DNA of 61,910 nucleotides, filler included. It is 5 parts of 5 records of this genome, joined end to end, with 100 filler letters (N's around TTAATTAATTAA, not from the genome) between each part and the next. Parts side by side here need not be neighbours in the genome. Positions count along the whole stretch, not along the records: positions 19,757 to 42,687 come from SRR20825010_6812; 4 more parts are not named here. One strand, 5' to 3'. Below are positions 29,383-39,250 of the stretch, piece after piece. Positions within the stretch are counted from its first letter, which is position 1. The number at the start of each line of letters is the position of its first letter. The notes under the pieces are model-generated. The model was not told where the DNA came from, made no database searches, and saw only the letters and a program-made list of their open reading frames with translations. Both the position numbers and the translations under genes were made by a program.

Positions 29383-30798
29383 TTAGTCGTCGTTGACGTA
29401 AGGGTTCTTGCTGCCGCGCAGATAGAATCGGATCGGCACCGCCGTGAGCTGGAAGCTCTCGCGCAGACCGTTTACCAGATACCGGATATAGGCTTCCGGC
29501 AGTTCCGTCGGCTGACTGACGAAGGCGGCGAAGGTCGGCGGGCGGGTCTTGATCTGCGTCATGTAACGCAGCTTGATCCGGCGCCCCTTGGCCAGCGGCG
29601 GCGAATGCTGCGCCGTCATGTCCGCGAGCCAGCGGTTCAACCGCGAGGTAGAGACCCGGCGGTTCCAGGTGTCGTAAGTCTCGACAATGGAATGCAGCAG
29701 CTTGTCGAGATTGCGGCCGCGTTCGGCGGAGATGGTGATGTAGGGAATTCCCTTCACCTGCGGCAGCGATGTCTGCAACCGGTCACGGAGATGGCCGAGG
29801 GCCTTCTCCCGGTTCTCCACGATATCCCACTTGTTGGCGGCGATGACGAGGGCCCGGCCCTCCTCGACCACCATGCGGGCGATGGTCAGATCCTGCTTTT
29901 CCAGCATCGTGCTGGCATCCACCATCAGCACCACGACATGGGCGAACTGGATCGCCCTGCGGGTGTCTTCGCCGGAAAGATGTTCCAGCCGCTGGGACAC
30001 GCGTGACCGGCGGCGCAAGCCGGCCGTGTCGAACAGCTTGAAGGGCTGCCCCTCGAATTCCCATTGGCTCTCGATGGCGTCCCGGGTGATCCCGGCCTCG
30101 GGGCCGGTCAGCATGCGGTCCTCGCCAAGCAAGGCGTTCACAAAGGTTGATTTGCCGACATTCGGCCGGCCGACAATGGCGAGCCGGATGGTGTCCGGCG
30201 CCTTCGCATCCCGCCAGGTCACAGCCCCGTCGGGAGATTCCTCGATGATGTCGTCGACGATTTCTCCGTCATCTTCGAAGTCGCTGTAATCGTCATGCGC
30301 GCTCTCCGGCGCGAAGGCGGAGAGCGCATCGTAAAGCTCGCTCAGCCCTTCGCCATGCTCGGCGGAAAGCGGCACCGGATCGCCAAGGCCAAGCCCGAAG
30401 GACTCGTAAAGGCCCGGCTTGCCTGCCTTGCCCTCGCATTTATTGGCGACCAGGATGACCTTCTGCTTCTCGCGGCGGAGCCAGCGGGCGAAATGATCGT
30501 CCAGCGGAGTAACGCCCGCACGGGCATCGATCACGAACAAAACGGCATCCGCTTCGGCAACGGCCGCCTCGGTCTGCTGCCGCATCCGGCCTTCAAGGCT
30601 TTCGTTATCGGCGTCTTCCAGACCCGCCGTATCGAACAGGCGGAAGGTCAGGTCACCGACCCGCCCCTCACCTTCGCGGCGGTCGCGGGTAACCCCCGGC
30701 TGATCATCGACAATAGCGAGACGCTTGCCAGCGAGCCGGTTGAATATGGTCGATTTGCCGACATTAGGACGGCCGATTATGGCGACTGTAAAACTCAT
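29383..30798 (-). CDS. der: Ribosome biogenesis GTPase Der (EngA)
   Basis: Two GRPNVGKST G1 motifs, two DTAG, NKCE/NKWD, C-terminal KH-like domain. Confidence 0.98.
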   Translation of the reverse strand: MSFTVAIIGRPNVGKSTIFNRLAGKRLAIVDDQPGVTRDRREGEGRVGDLTFRLFDTAGLEDADNESLEGRMRQQTEAAVAEADAVLFVIDARAGVTPLDDHFARWLRREKQKVILVANKCEGKAGKPGLYESFGLGLGDPVPLSAEHGEGLSELYDALSAFAPESAHDDYSDFEDDGEIVDDIIEESPDGAVTWRDAKAPDTIRLAIVGRPNVGKSTFVNALLGEDRMLTGPEAGITRDAIESQWEFEGQPFKLFDTAGLRRRSRVSQRLEHLSGEDTRRAIQFAHVVVLMVDASTMLEKQDLTIARMVVEEGRALVIAANKWDIVENREKALGHLRDRLQTSLPQVKGIPYITISAERGRNLDKLLHSIVETYDTWNRRVSTSRLNRWLADMTAQHSPPLAKGRRIKLRYMTQIKTRPPTFAAFVSQPTELPEAYIRYLVNGLRESFQLTAVPIRFYLRGSKNPYVNDD

Positions 30799-30909
30799 GG
30801 CTGTTCCGTAGTCCCGAGACATGCCTCAGATCAAGCATTGTTGCGGCATAGCCGCCATGCGGGAGCCCAGCCGCAATGTGAGAGCTCAGCCGCCCATCCG
30901 GCGAAGGGG

Positions 30910-32253
30910 CTAGCGGTAAGCTTCGAGATCGCCGTCATCGGTCAGAAAGAACACCGTTCCGCCCGCGACGATCGGTGGCACGAAAACCGGTGAGCCAATA
31001 TCGATCTTGCCAAGAATATCGCCAGTATAGGGCGAAATCGCATAGACTTCCCCGGTTGAGGCTCCCACCAGCAGGCGGTCGCTGACCAGCACCGGCCCGG
31101 CATAGGTGATGATGCCTTCCTTGTCTTCAGGATTCTCGAACACCGGCAATTGCTGGATCCACCGGATCTGGCCACGGCGCTTGGTCAGGGCCAGCACTTC
31201 GCCGAGATTCGACACCACGAAGATATAATCACCGGCAACCCAGGGGGTCTGATCTCCGCCGACCTGCGTTTCCCAGACCCGGCGGCCGGACTTCAGGTCC
31301 GTCGCCAGCAGACGTCCGGCCTGGCTGATGGCAATCACCAACCCCTCATCCACAACCGGATTACCGCGAATATCGGACAGGCGGGAGACCGCGTTGCGGC
31401 TCCTGACCGCGCTCAGATTGTCACTCCAGAGAAGACGGCCATTCTCGACCCGGAGAACGAACAATTCGCCGGAGGAATAGGGAATGATCGCCGTGCCGCC
31501 GCTCACCGCCGGGCTGGCGATACCGAGCAGGGCAGACTCTTCCGAAATTCCCGTATGGGACCAGACACGCGCCCCGTCACTGAGATCGAGGGCGAAAGAC
31601 TGATTGCCCAGAATGCTGACGAAGATCCGGCCGTCAATGACAGTCGGCGCAGCCCGCACCGGACCGGGCAGCCGGGCCCGCCAGAGTTCCGTTCCATCCT
31701 TAAGCCCGAAGGCAATCACCTCGCCATAGCCGGTTGCCGCGATCAGCTTGCCTTCACCGGCAGCAATCGCGCCCGGAAAGATGGTCTCGTCCTCGTCGTC
31801 CGGCCGGGTTTCCGCGGACCATATCCGGTCCCCGTCCGCCACGGAGAACGCCGCGACATCCCCTTCGCTATCCATCGTGTAGATCAGACCGTCCACGATG
31901 ATAGGACTCGCGATCAGCTGGGTTTCATCGTCAGAGCCACTGCCGATGCTGGTTGACCAGATACGCTTGAGCACATCTCCGGCCGCCAGATGCTGCATGG
32001 CATGCACTGCATTGCCGCCAGGCTGTGGCCAGTCCTTATTCTCGAACGGCCTCGGCAGAACGATCTTCAGCTCGGCAAGGTTAGGATCCGCGACCAGGCT
32101 CTTTTCCAGCGTGAGGATCGGCAGGCGCTCACCTTCCAACGGCGGGCCTTCCTTTTCCTCTCCGAAGAACAGGGAGTCGCCGCTGCAGCCCTGCAAAAGA
32201 GTTGCCGCAAAGAATGCCAGGCCAAGGGCCCGCCAGGAACGCATGCCGTTCAT
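30910..32253 (-). CDS. bamB: BamB-like PQQ-repeat beta-propeller lipoprotein
   Basis: Lipobox LQG-C; repeated A.D..dG...W blades; yfgM-bamB-der synteny. Confidence 0.85.
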   Translation of the reverse strand: MNGMRSWRALGLAFFAATLLQGCSGDSLFFGEEKEGPPLEGERLPILTLEKSLVADPNLAELKIVLPRPFENKDWPQPGGNAVHAMQHLAAGDVLKRIWSTSIGSGSDDETQLIASPIIVDGLIYTMDSEGDVAAFSVADGDRIWSAETRPDDEDETIFPGAIAAGEGKLIAATGYGEVIAFGLKDGTELWRARLPGPVRAAPTVIDGRIFVSILGNQSFALDLSDGARVWSHTGISEESALLGIASPAVSGGTAIIPYSSGELFVLRVENGRLLWSDNLSAVRSRNAVSRLSDIRGNPVVDEGLVIAISQAGRLLATDLKSGRRVWETQVGGDQTPWVAGDYIFVVSNLGEVLALTKRRGQIRWIQQLPVFENPEDKEGIITYAGPVLVSDRLLVGASTGEVYAISPYTGDILGKIDIGSPVFVPPIVAGGTVFFLTDDGDLEAYR

Positions 32254-32266
32254 GGAACGCTCCCGC

Positions 32267-32911
32267 TCACTCAGCGCCGATGGCGCTGATCAGTTCCGTC
32301 ACCCGGGCCCGCTGTTGCCGTGGCGTCGCCGCATCGGCATTCAGTGTCGTCAGGATCTCACAGGCCTTCGCCTTGTCCCCGGCCTTCAGCGCGATCATCG
32401 CTTCGGTCTCGCGGGCCAGCGCGCTCCAGGGGCCTGCGGTGTTGGCGAGAGCGGAAACCTCGCTGGAGAGTTCCGCCGGATCGCCACTGTCGATCCGATG
32501 CGAAATCGAAAGCAGGAGGGCAAGGTCGCGGAACAGGGCGGGCACGCTCTGGTCATCCGCCAATTTATTGTAGATCAGCACCGCGCCTTCGGTATCTCCG
32601 GCCTCTATCGAAGCCGCAGCCTGACGCAGGGTGGCTAGTGCCGCATATCCGGCATTGCCGTCCTGGGCGAGCGTACCGAACCCGGCCTCTGCCACAGAGG
32701 GATCTTCGCCAAGAGCTTTTGCCGCAGCTTCATAACGGGCGGACTGAGCCGCATACTGTTTCGCCTCGTACGAGTTCCAGAAACGGTATCCGGCGACCGC
32801 CGCGATGACCAGGATCGCAAGCGCGATGACATAGGCGCCGTACCGCTTCCAAAGCTTGGCTGCCTTCTCCTGCTGGAGTTCTTCGTCAATCTCGCGAAAA
32901 ATATCTGCCAC
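32267..32911 (-). CDS. YfgM-like TPR membrane protein (ancillary SecYEG subunit)
   Basis: MADIFREIDEELQQEK..KLWKRYG plus a TM helix; GYAALA; upstream of bamB-der. Confidence 0.88.
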   Translation of the reverse strand: MADIFREIDEELQQEKAAKLWKRYGAYVIALAILVIAAVAGYRFWNSYEAKQYAAQSARYEAAAKALGEDPSVAEAGFGTLAQDGNAGYAALATLRQAAASIEAGDTEGAVLIYNKLADDQSVPALFRDLALLLSISHRIDSGDPAELSSEVSALANTAGPWSALARETEAMIALKAGDKAKACEILTTLNADAATPRQQRARVTELISAIGAE

Positions 32912-33171
32912 GCGTCTCTCCGTTGCGCTGCGCCGGTCCCTTTTAGCCCGGCAAGCGGGTTAACCGGCGGACAAGTCCCACCGCCTTAATTCCAGAGAGC
33001 AATCAACGCCTCCGGCATCCGGCGGAAGAGCGCAACCTACATGGCGCGCACGCCGAAATCAAACCGCTCTCACGCTCTCCGCACTTTCCGTGATCGCGGC
33101 CTTTACGCCGGGCGATTTTTCGGGAAAACTATGCTTCATGAATCGGCAACAAATCCAACGGTGAGCAGCTC

Positions 33172-33510
33172 ATGGCGGATTTGATTCGGCTCAAAAAAAG
33201 CCGGTCGCCGCAGCGCGGTCTCTTCTTCACCAAAAAAGAACTCGGCCAACTCCTCGCCCTTTATTCAAGCCGCGTGATCTCCGGCGAATGGCGCGACTAT
33301 GCGATAGATCATTCCGACGACGGCGCTGCCTTCTCGATTTTCCGCCATAGCCACGAGCTGCCGCTGTTCTCTGTCTCCAAAAGACAGCGCAAGGGACAGC
33401 GACAACCAACCTTCGAGTTAATGGCGGGTTATAAAAAGATCGCCTCCTCACCATCTTTGGTAGACGTTATCTCCCGCTTTGAGAAATTGCCCCGCCTCGT
33501 CACCGGTTGA
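33172..33510 (+). CDS. DUF2794 family protein
   Basis: FTKKELGQLLALYSSRVISGEWRDYAID…FSIFR…PLF. Confidence 0.85.
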   Translation: MADLIRLKKSRSPQRGLFFTKKELGQLLALYSSRVISGEWRDYAIDHSDDGAAFSIFRHSHELPLFSVSKRQRKGQRQPTFELMAGYKKIASSPSLVDVISRFEKLPRLVTG

Positions 33511-33514
33511 AATC

Positions 33515-34900
33515 ATGTCCTCATTCGATGTCTTCCTGTCTGAAATCCGGAAAGCAGCGCGCCTGCCCGACCGGTCAGCCCCGACAATTACCGGTGCAGG
33601 CGTCCTGCCCTCCGCTTATGCGGTAACGGATCTGGCGGCCGCCTCCTTCGCCGCCGCCGGAGAAGCCATTGCCACTCTGATCGCCGCGCGGCACGGCACG
33701 GACCCTGCCGTCAGCGTGGACCGGCGGCTTGCCTCCTTCTGGTACAAAAGCTCGCTGCGGCCGGACGGCTGGGACTTGCCCGCACAATGGGATGCGGTGG
33801 CAGGAGATTACGCAACGAAGGACGGCTGGATCCGGCTTCACACCAATGCGCCGCACCACCGAAAGGCGGCTCTGGCGACTCTTGGCGTGCAGGACACGAG
33901 CAAGACCGAACGGGCCAGCGTCGCCAAGGCAGTGGCCACATGGAATGCGGCGGAGCTCGAGAACGCCGTGGTCTCGGCCGGTGGCTGCGCCGGCGAGTTG
34001 CGTTCCAGCGCAGCCTGGGCCACCCACCCCCAGGGCAAGGCCGTCGCTCAGGAGCCCCTGCTGCATCACGAAACATTCTCCGGCCCCTCCCCGGCAAGCT
34101 GGGAGGTGAACCGCGCCCGCCCGCTGGACGGCATCCGGGTGCTCGACCTGACCCGGGTTCTGGCCGGACCAACGGCAACCCGCTTCCTTGCCGGGTACGG
34201 GGCCGACGTGCTGCGGATCGACCCGCCCATCGACCTCTGGGACGAGGCGCTGGCGGAGGAAATGAGCCTCGGCAAGCATTCCGCCATTCTCGACCTGCGC
34301 AAGGATACGGACAGACAACGTCTGAAAGAGCTGATCGCAGAGGCCGATGTCATGGTGCACGGCTATCGTGGGGATGCCCTCGAAGGTCTCGGCCTCGGCG
34401 CGTCCGTGCGCCGGTCGTTCAATCCCGGTCTGGTCGATGTCGCGCTTTGTGCCTATGGCTGGACAGGGCCGTGGGCCGGACGGCGCGGCTTCGACAGCAT
34501 CGTGCAGATGAGCAGCGGCATCGCCGAGACCGGCATGCGCCATTACGGCAAGGACAAACCAACACCGCTTCCGGTCCAGGCACTGGATTACGCCACCGGC
34601 TTCATCGTCGCGACGGCAGCGGTCAGTGGTCTCGCCGAACGCGTCCGGAGCGGGGATGGCAGCTATTTCCGTACCTCCCTCGCCCGCATTGCCGCGCTGC
34701 TCGAAAGCCAGAAACAGAACACGGACGCGCCGGAATTCGCGCCGGAGACGGAAGCAGACCTCGCGCCCGATATCGAGGAAACCCATTGGGGGCCTGCACG
34801 CCGTCTCGCCTCAGCAGTCACCGTTGCCGGTGTGCCCGTCTCCTGGGATATCCCGGCCGGCCCCATCGGTACGGCAGAGCCGGTCTGGCCGCTCCGCTAA
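33515..34900 (+). CDS. Class III CoA transferase (CaiB/BaiF family)
   Basis: LDGIRVLDLTRVLAGP, GADVLRID, ADVMVHGYR, GPWAGRRGFDSIVQ. Confidence 0.92.
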   Translation: MSSFDVFLSEIRKAARLPDRSAPTITGAGVLPSAYAVTDLAAASFAAAGEAIATLIAARHGTDPAVSVDRRLASFWYKSSLRPDGWDLPAQWDAVAGDYATKDGWIRLHTNAPHHRKAALATLGVQDTSKTERASVAKAVATWNAAELENAVVSAGGCAGELRSSAAWATHPQGKAVAQEPLLHHETFSGPSPASWEVNRARPLDGIRVLDLTRVLAGPTATRFLAGYGADVLRIDPPIDLWDEALAEEMSLGKHSAILDLRKDTDRQRLKELIAEADVMVHGYRGDALEGLGLGASVRRSFNPGLVDVALCAYGWTGPWAGRRGFDSIVQMSSGIAETGMRHYGKDKPTPLPVQALDYATGFIVATAAVSGLAERVRSGDGSYFRTSLARIAALLESQKQNTDAPEFAPETEADLAPDIEETHWGPARRLASAVTVAGVPVSWDIPAGPIGTAEPVWPLR

Positions 34901-34938
34901 ACGTCAGAAAATCTGAGTCCTCAACATCCGTCATCAGC

Positions 34939-34968
34939 TTGTCTGCAACAAATGTTCCTGTTATGTTC
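34939..34968 (+). promoter_or_regulatory. Alphaproteobacterial LexA (SOS) box overlapping a sigma70 promoter
   Basis: GTTC-ctgttat-GTTC at 34954-34968; TTGTCT (34939-44), 17 nt, TATGTT (34962-67). Confidence 0.78.
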
Positions 34969-34998
34969 TCATTCTGAAATCCAGCTTGGACACGACGG

Positions 34999-35280
34999 AT
35001 GGGACGTTTCAAGGACAAGGCCCTGCAACAGGACGAGCTGCGCAACCAGCCGGCCATACTGGCCGATCTGGCCCGCGCGGGGATCGATGTTTTCTGCTGG
35101 TGCCACCGGTGCGGACACAATGCCAAGCTGACAACGGCATTGCTGATCCCGCAACTCGGTCCGAACTTCCCGGTGCCCGAGGTCGGCACCCGGATGCGCT
35201 GCAGCGCCTGTGCCTCAAAGGATATCGCAACCCGCCCGTCATGGCCGGCCCGTGACCAGGGGCTGGCCAGATCCGGCTAG
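34999..35280 (+). CDS. Small hypothetical zinc-ribbon protein
   Basis: 93 aa; CWCHRCGH…RMRCSACASK (two CxxC knuckles); own promoter upstream. Confidence 0.75.
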   Translation: MGRFKDKALQQDELRNQPAILADLARAGIDVFCWCHRCGHNAKLTTALLIPQLGPNFPVPEVGTRMRCSACASKDIATRPSWPARDQGLARSG

Positions 35281-35441
35281 GACCAGGCCAGACACTGACA
35301 CGGCACCGCAAACCACACCAGGCAAATCAGGCCATTTCAATCCGGCAGAACTTGCCGTACCAGGCAAGGCCGCGCGCCAATCCTTACAAAAAACAACAAA
35401 ACTCAAAGCATTTTAAGGAATTGTCGCCGCGGCCGGGAAAA

Positions 35442-35457
35442 TGGCACGCGGGTTGCT
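35442..35457 (+). promoter_or_regulatory. Sigma54 (RpoN) -24/-12 promoter
   Basis: TGGCAC-gcggg-TTGCT matches TGGCAC-N5-TTGCW exactly; an AT-rich tract at about 35383-35421 precedes it. Confidence 0.78.
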
Positions 35458-35518
35458 TACAAACCCGCATCCACCGCGGGCCGGTACAGAAGGGCCGGGA
35501 CCGCCAAGAAAACCGCCT

Positions 35519-35914
35519 ATGACAGAAACGAGGCCGTCCATGTCGCAGTCCATGACGCAATCCCCTGCCCAGCAAGAAAGCCAGTCATTGGCCAATGATC
35601 GCCGCCGCGCGCCACGCGCAACTGCCCCGATGACGGCCGTGGTCGGATCGACCCCCTATACGATCGATGACTGGAACGCGCATGGCATCAAGATTGTCGG
35701 CTATTATGGCAATCTGAAACCGGATGATCGGGCGGAACTGCGCGTACTGGTGCCGACCGCCGGGCCCGGCGCCCTGTTCAACGCCAGGATCTCCGTCCGG
35801 CGCTATGATCCTGAAACGGCAGCCCTTACCCTGCTGTTCGACCCTGCAGAGCCTGTTGCAACGACGACCCTGAACCGCTACTTGCATGAAATGGTCGCGC
35901 AAGGATGCGCGTGA
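35519..35914 (+). CDS. Stand-alone PilZ domain protein (start uncertain: 35519, 35540 or 35552)
   Basis: RRRAPR (RxxxR) followed by DWNAHG (DxSxxG-like) and a beta-rich body. Confidence 0.72.
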   Translation: MTETRPSMSQSMTQSPAQQESQSLANDRRRAPRATAPMTAVVGSTPYTIDDWNAHGIKIVGYYGNLKPDDRAELRVLVPTAGPGALFNARISVRRYDPETAALTLLFDPAEPVATTTLNRYLHEMVAQGCA

Positions 35915-35954
35915 CCTTTATGCGATGAACAGCTTCAGAGGAGCCGCCAGCCTG

Positions 35955-36485
35955 ATGGCCGACGACCGCACACCCGCCGCGTTCGATCTGCGACGCGACG
36001 CCTTCTCTGACGACAAAAAGGAACGCGACAGCGACTCCGCGTTCCCCAGCCTGAAACGGCGCCCCGCCGAAGAGCGGGCAAAAGAGATCGTCGATGACCT
36101 GAAAGAGGTCATCCTCAATCCCGGCCGGACCGACGGCAAGACCGGCATGCGCGTCGGCGACTGGACCAAGATCGCCCGCAAGGACATCACCAAGGCGATC
36201 CGCGATGCCGAGACCAGCGCCGCCTTCCGCGAGTTGATGTCGGCCAACCGCATCGGCGGGCTCTGCGTCCGCATCGGCTTCCTGCTGATGGCCTCCGTCG
36301 CCTCCTTCTTCTCCTTCTGGTACGGCATCGTCTTCATCGGCCGCGAATACGGCCCGCTCTGGGGCTTCGGCGCCACCATGTCCGCCCTCGGCCTTTCCCT
36401 CGCCTTTGTCATCGCCGGTCTGGTCTATGGCAGCGAGAACAAGGAACAGGCCCGCGACAAGGCGAAGAGCCGGTTCCAGAAGTAA
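35955..36485 (+). CDS. Hypothetical membrane protein (two C-terminal TM helices)
   Basis: AGAGGAG RBS upstream of ATG 35955; GC3-rich codons; two hydrophobic helices. Confidence 0.72.
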   Translation: MADDRTPAAFDLRRDAFSDDKKERDSDSAFPSLKRRPAEERAKEIVDDLKEVILNPGRTDGKTGMRVGDWTKIARKDITKAIRDAETSAAFRELMSANRIGGLCVRIGFLLMASVASFFSFWYGIVFIGREYGPLWGFGATMSALGLSLAFVIAGLVYGSENKEQARDKAKSRFQK

Positions 36486-36561
36486 CACCCCCAAAGCATC
36501 CGAAGCACACGGACAGAACCTCCCCCGGTGAGCCGCAGCCCCCGGGGAAAGCCCGAACGTG

Positions 36562-37317
36562 TCATGCCAGGCGGATGGACACCCCGCCATCCGCATCGAC
36601 GGCACTGCCGGTCACGAAGCTGGCCCGGTCCGACAGCAGAAACAGCGCCGATTGCGCGATCTCACGCGGCTCCGCCATCCGTTTCAGCGGATGCAGGCCC
36701 GCGATGAATTCCTGAACAGCGGCATCGCCTGCCGCCATCCCGGTTTTCGTCCCCCCGGGAAGAAGCGCATTCACCCGGACTTTCTGCGCTCCATGTTCAG
36801 CGGCAAGCGACATTGTCAGCCCGATCATTCCGGCTTTGGACGCCGCATAGGCCCCCATCCCCGGCATGCCCGCATTGGCGTGACCGACAAAGGATGAGGT
36901 GAAGACCATCGAGCCGCCGCCGTTCTCGATCAGGGCCGGGATCTGATATTTCGCGGCAAAGAAAGCGCTGGTGAGATTGGTTCCGAGCACTGTGTTCCAG
37001 TTCTCCGTTTCCATATCCGGCACCGGCGCGAATTCCCCGATCGTCCCGGCATTGTTGAAAGCACCGTCGAGTGTGCCGAACTCCTCCAGTGCAAGTGTGA
37101 CAAGAGCGTCGGCATAACGCTCGTCCATAACATCTCCTGCCAGCACAACCGCGCGGCCGCCATCCCGCCTGATAGCATCAGCGACACTGTCCAGCTCGGC
37201 CTGCCGCCGTGCGCCGAGAACGAGCTTTGCGCCTTCCCCGGCAAAAAGTTCAGCCGCCGCCGCACCGATGCCACTGCTGGCGCCGGTGATGATGAGTGTC
37301 TTGTCCTTGAGTTCCAT
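36562..37317 (-). CDS. SDR family oxidoreductase
   Basis: TGASSGIG, NNAG, YAASK, DGG; RBS GAGGGG before ATG 37317. Confidence 0.93.
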   Translation of the reverse strand: MELKDKTLIITGASSGIGAAAAELFAGEGAKLVLGARRQAELDSVADAIRRDGGRAVVLAGDVMDERYADALVTLALEEFGTLDGAFNNAGTIGEFAPVPDMETENWNTVLGTNLTSAFFAAKYQIPALIENGGGSMVFTSSFVGHANAGMPGMGAYAASKAGMIGLTMSLAAEHGAQKVRVNALLPGGTKTGMAAGDAAVQEFIAGLHPLKRMAEPREIAQSALFLLSDRASFVTGSAVDADGGVSIRLA

Positions 37318-37542
37318 CTGGAATCCCCTCTGTTGCGATGGCTTCCAGATAGGACGGGGGCTGATTGCAGAAACTCCGCTTCTTGCCCCGGAATTCTTTT
37401 CACCGCCGTGACAGCGAACGGGCCGGCGGCTCTGTTTCTGTTTCCATCTCGGCTTCTTGCCGTTTTGGCGGATGCCGCACCGCAACATTGCCGCTATAGT
37501 CATCTATTCGGACTAACGAAAATCCAAAAACAGGGGGAAACC

Positions 37543-38319
37543 ATGAAGCTCGATCTAACGGGCAAGCGCGCACTGATCACGGCGGGCGCCGGAGGCATTG
37601 GCCGCCGCACCGCCGAGTTGTTCAGCGAAGCGGGCGCCAAAGTCTTCATCTGCGATATCGACCAGAACCAGCTCGAGGACGCGCGGGATAAGATCCCGAA
37701 CCTGAACGGCACGATCACCGACGTGTCCGACAAGCTCGCCCTCAAGGATATGTTCGAGGCGGCAATCGACGATCTCGGCGGGCTCGATTTGCTGGTGAAC
37801 AATGCCGGCACGGCCGGGCCGACCGAGCGGGTCGAGGATATCAGTCTGGAAGACTGGCAAACCTGCATCGACATAAACCTGACCAGCACCTTTCTGATGA
37901 GCCAGATGGCCGTTCCTTACCTGCGCGACGCGGGTGGTGGGGCGATCATCAATCTCTCCTCGGCGGCCGGTAAATTCGGCTTTCCCCTGCGCAGCCCCTA
38001 TTCGGCGGCGAAGTGGGGCATTGTCGGTTTCACCCGCACACTGGCTCTCGAACTCGGCCCCGACCGGATCCGCTGCAACTGCATCCAGCCGGGTGCCGTC
38101 GAAGGCGCCCGGATCGACCGGGTGATCAAGGCCAAGGCAGCGGCGAAAAAGGTTTCCGAGAACGCCATGCGGGACGAGCTTGCCTCCATCACCTCACTCA
38201 AGACGTTCGTTACGGCGGATGACATCGCCTCCATGATCCTGTTCCTCTGCTCGAAAGCCGGCGCCCATATCACGGGCCAGGCTGTCAGTATCGACGGCGG
38301 CCTCGAAGGACTCGTCTGA
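37543..38319 (+). CDS. SDR family oxidoreductase
   Basis: TAGAGGIG, NNAG, YSAAK, ITGQAVSIDGG; RBS AGGGGG. Confidence 0.93.
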   Translation: MKLDLTGKRALITAGAGGIGRRTAELFSEAGAKVFICDIDQNQLEDARDKIPNLNGTITDVSDKLALKDMFEAAIDDLGGLDLLVNNAGTAGPTERVEDISLEDWQTCIDINLTSTFLMSQMAVPYLRDAGGGAIINLSSAAGKFGFPLRSPYSAAKWGIVGFTRTLALELGPDRIRCNCIQPGAVEGARIDRVIKAKAAAKKVSENAMRDELASITSLKTFVTADDIASMILFLCSKAGAHITGQAVSIDGGLEGLV

Positions 38320-38322
38320 CCC

Positions 38323-39231
38323 ATGCCAAAAGCAGCGCTCTCCAACAACCTCCAGGGCGCGCTGTGGATCCTCGCTTCCTGTCTGGCGGCGACAGTGATG
38401 ACCGTCGGGGTCAAAATGGCCTCCGACGGTCTTTCCTCCACGCAGATCGTGTTCGTCCGCTGCGTGTTCTCGCTGGTCATGACGGCACCCTTCGTGATCG
38501 GCTATGGCAAGCGCCTGCTGTTCAGCCGGCGCTGGAAGATGCACCTGGTGCGCGGCGCCATCGGGGCCATCTCGATGAATGCGGGCTTCTATGCCCTCAG
38601 CAACCTGCCGATCACCACGGCCTCCGTCCTGTTCTTCTCGACCCCGCTTTTCATGACAGCGCTTGCAGGCCCGATGCTTGGCGAGAAAGTCGGCATCCAT
38701 CGCTGGGGCGCCACGCTGGTCGGCTTTGCCGGTATTATCGTCGTGGTGAACCCGACCCTGGACACCATTGAATTCGCGATGCTCGCGGCGCTGATCAGCG
38801 CCTCGCTCTTCGCCGTCCTGCTGATCCAGGGCAAGATCCTCTCAAAGGACGATCCGCCCGGCACGCTGATGGTCTATTTCATGGTGATGAGCACAATCGC
38901 CAGCGCACCGCCCGCCCTGTCCCACTGGGTCTGGCCGGACCAATCGCTCTGGATCATCCTGATCGTGCTCAGCATCGGCGCCACGGCCCGTGTCTATTTC
39001 GACATCAAGGCCTATGCCGTCGGCGAGGCCAGCGCGATCTCGGTCTTCCAGTATCTCCGGCTGATCACCATCGCCTTCGCGGGCTATCTGGTATTCGGAG
39101 AGGTGCCAGATGAGCGCACCATCATCGGCGCTGGCCTGATCGTTGTCAGCACTCTCTATATCGCCCAGCGCGAAGCATTTCGGCAAAGACGGGCGCGGAT
39201 TGCCGCAGCGAAGGCACAGGCGGCGGACTGA
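38323..39231 (+). CDS. DMT/EamA family transporter
   Basis: About 10 TM segments; QIVFVR, LGEKVGIHRW, FGEVPD. Confidence 0.92.
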   Translation: MPKAALSNNLQGALWILASCLAATVMTVGVKMASDGLSSTQIVFVRCVFSLVMTAPFVIGYGKRLLFSRRWKMHLVRGAIGAISMNAGFYALSNLPITTASVLFFSTPLFMTALAGPMLGEKVGIHRWGATLVGFAGIIVVVNPTLDTIEFAMLAALISASLFAVLLIQGKILSKDDPPGTLMVYFMVMSTIASAPPALSHWVWPDQSLWIILIVLSIGATARVYFDIKAYAVGEASAISVFQYLRLITIAFAGYLVFGEVPDERTIIGAGLIVVSTLYIAQREAFRQRRARIAAAKAQAAD

Positions 39232-39250
39232 TTCTGCAGAAGGATGTGCG

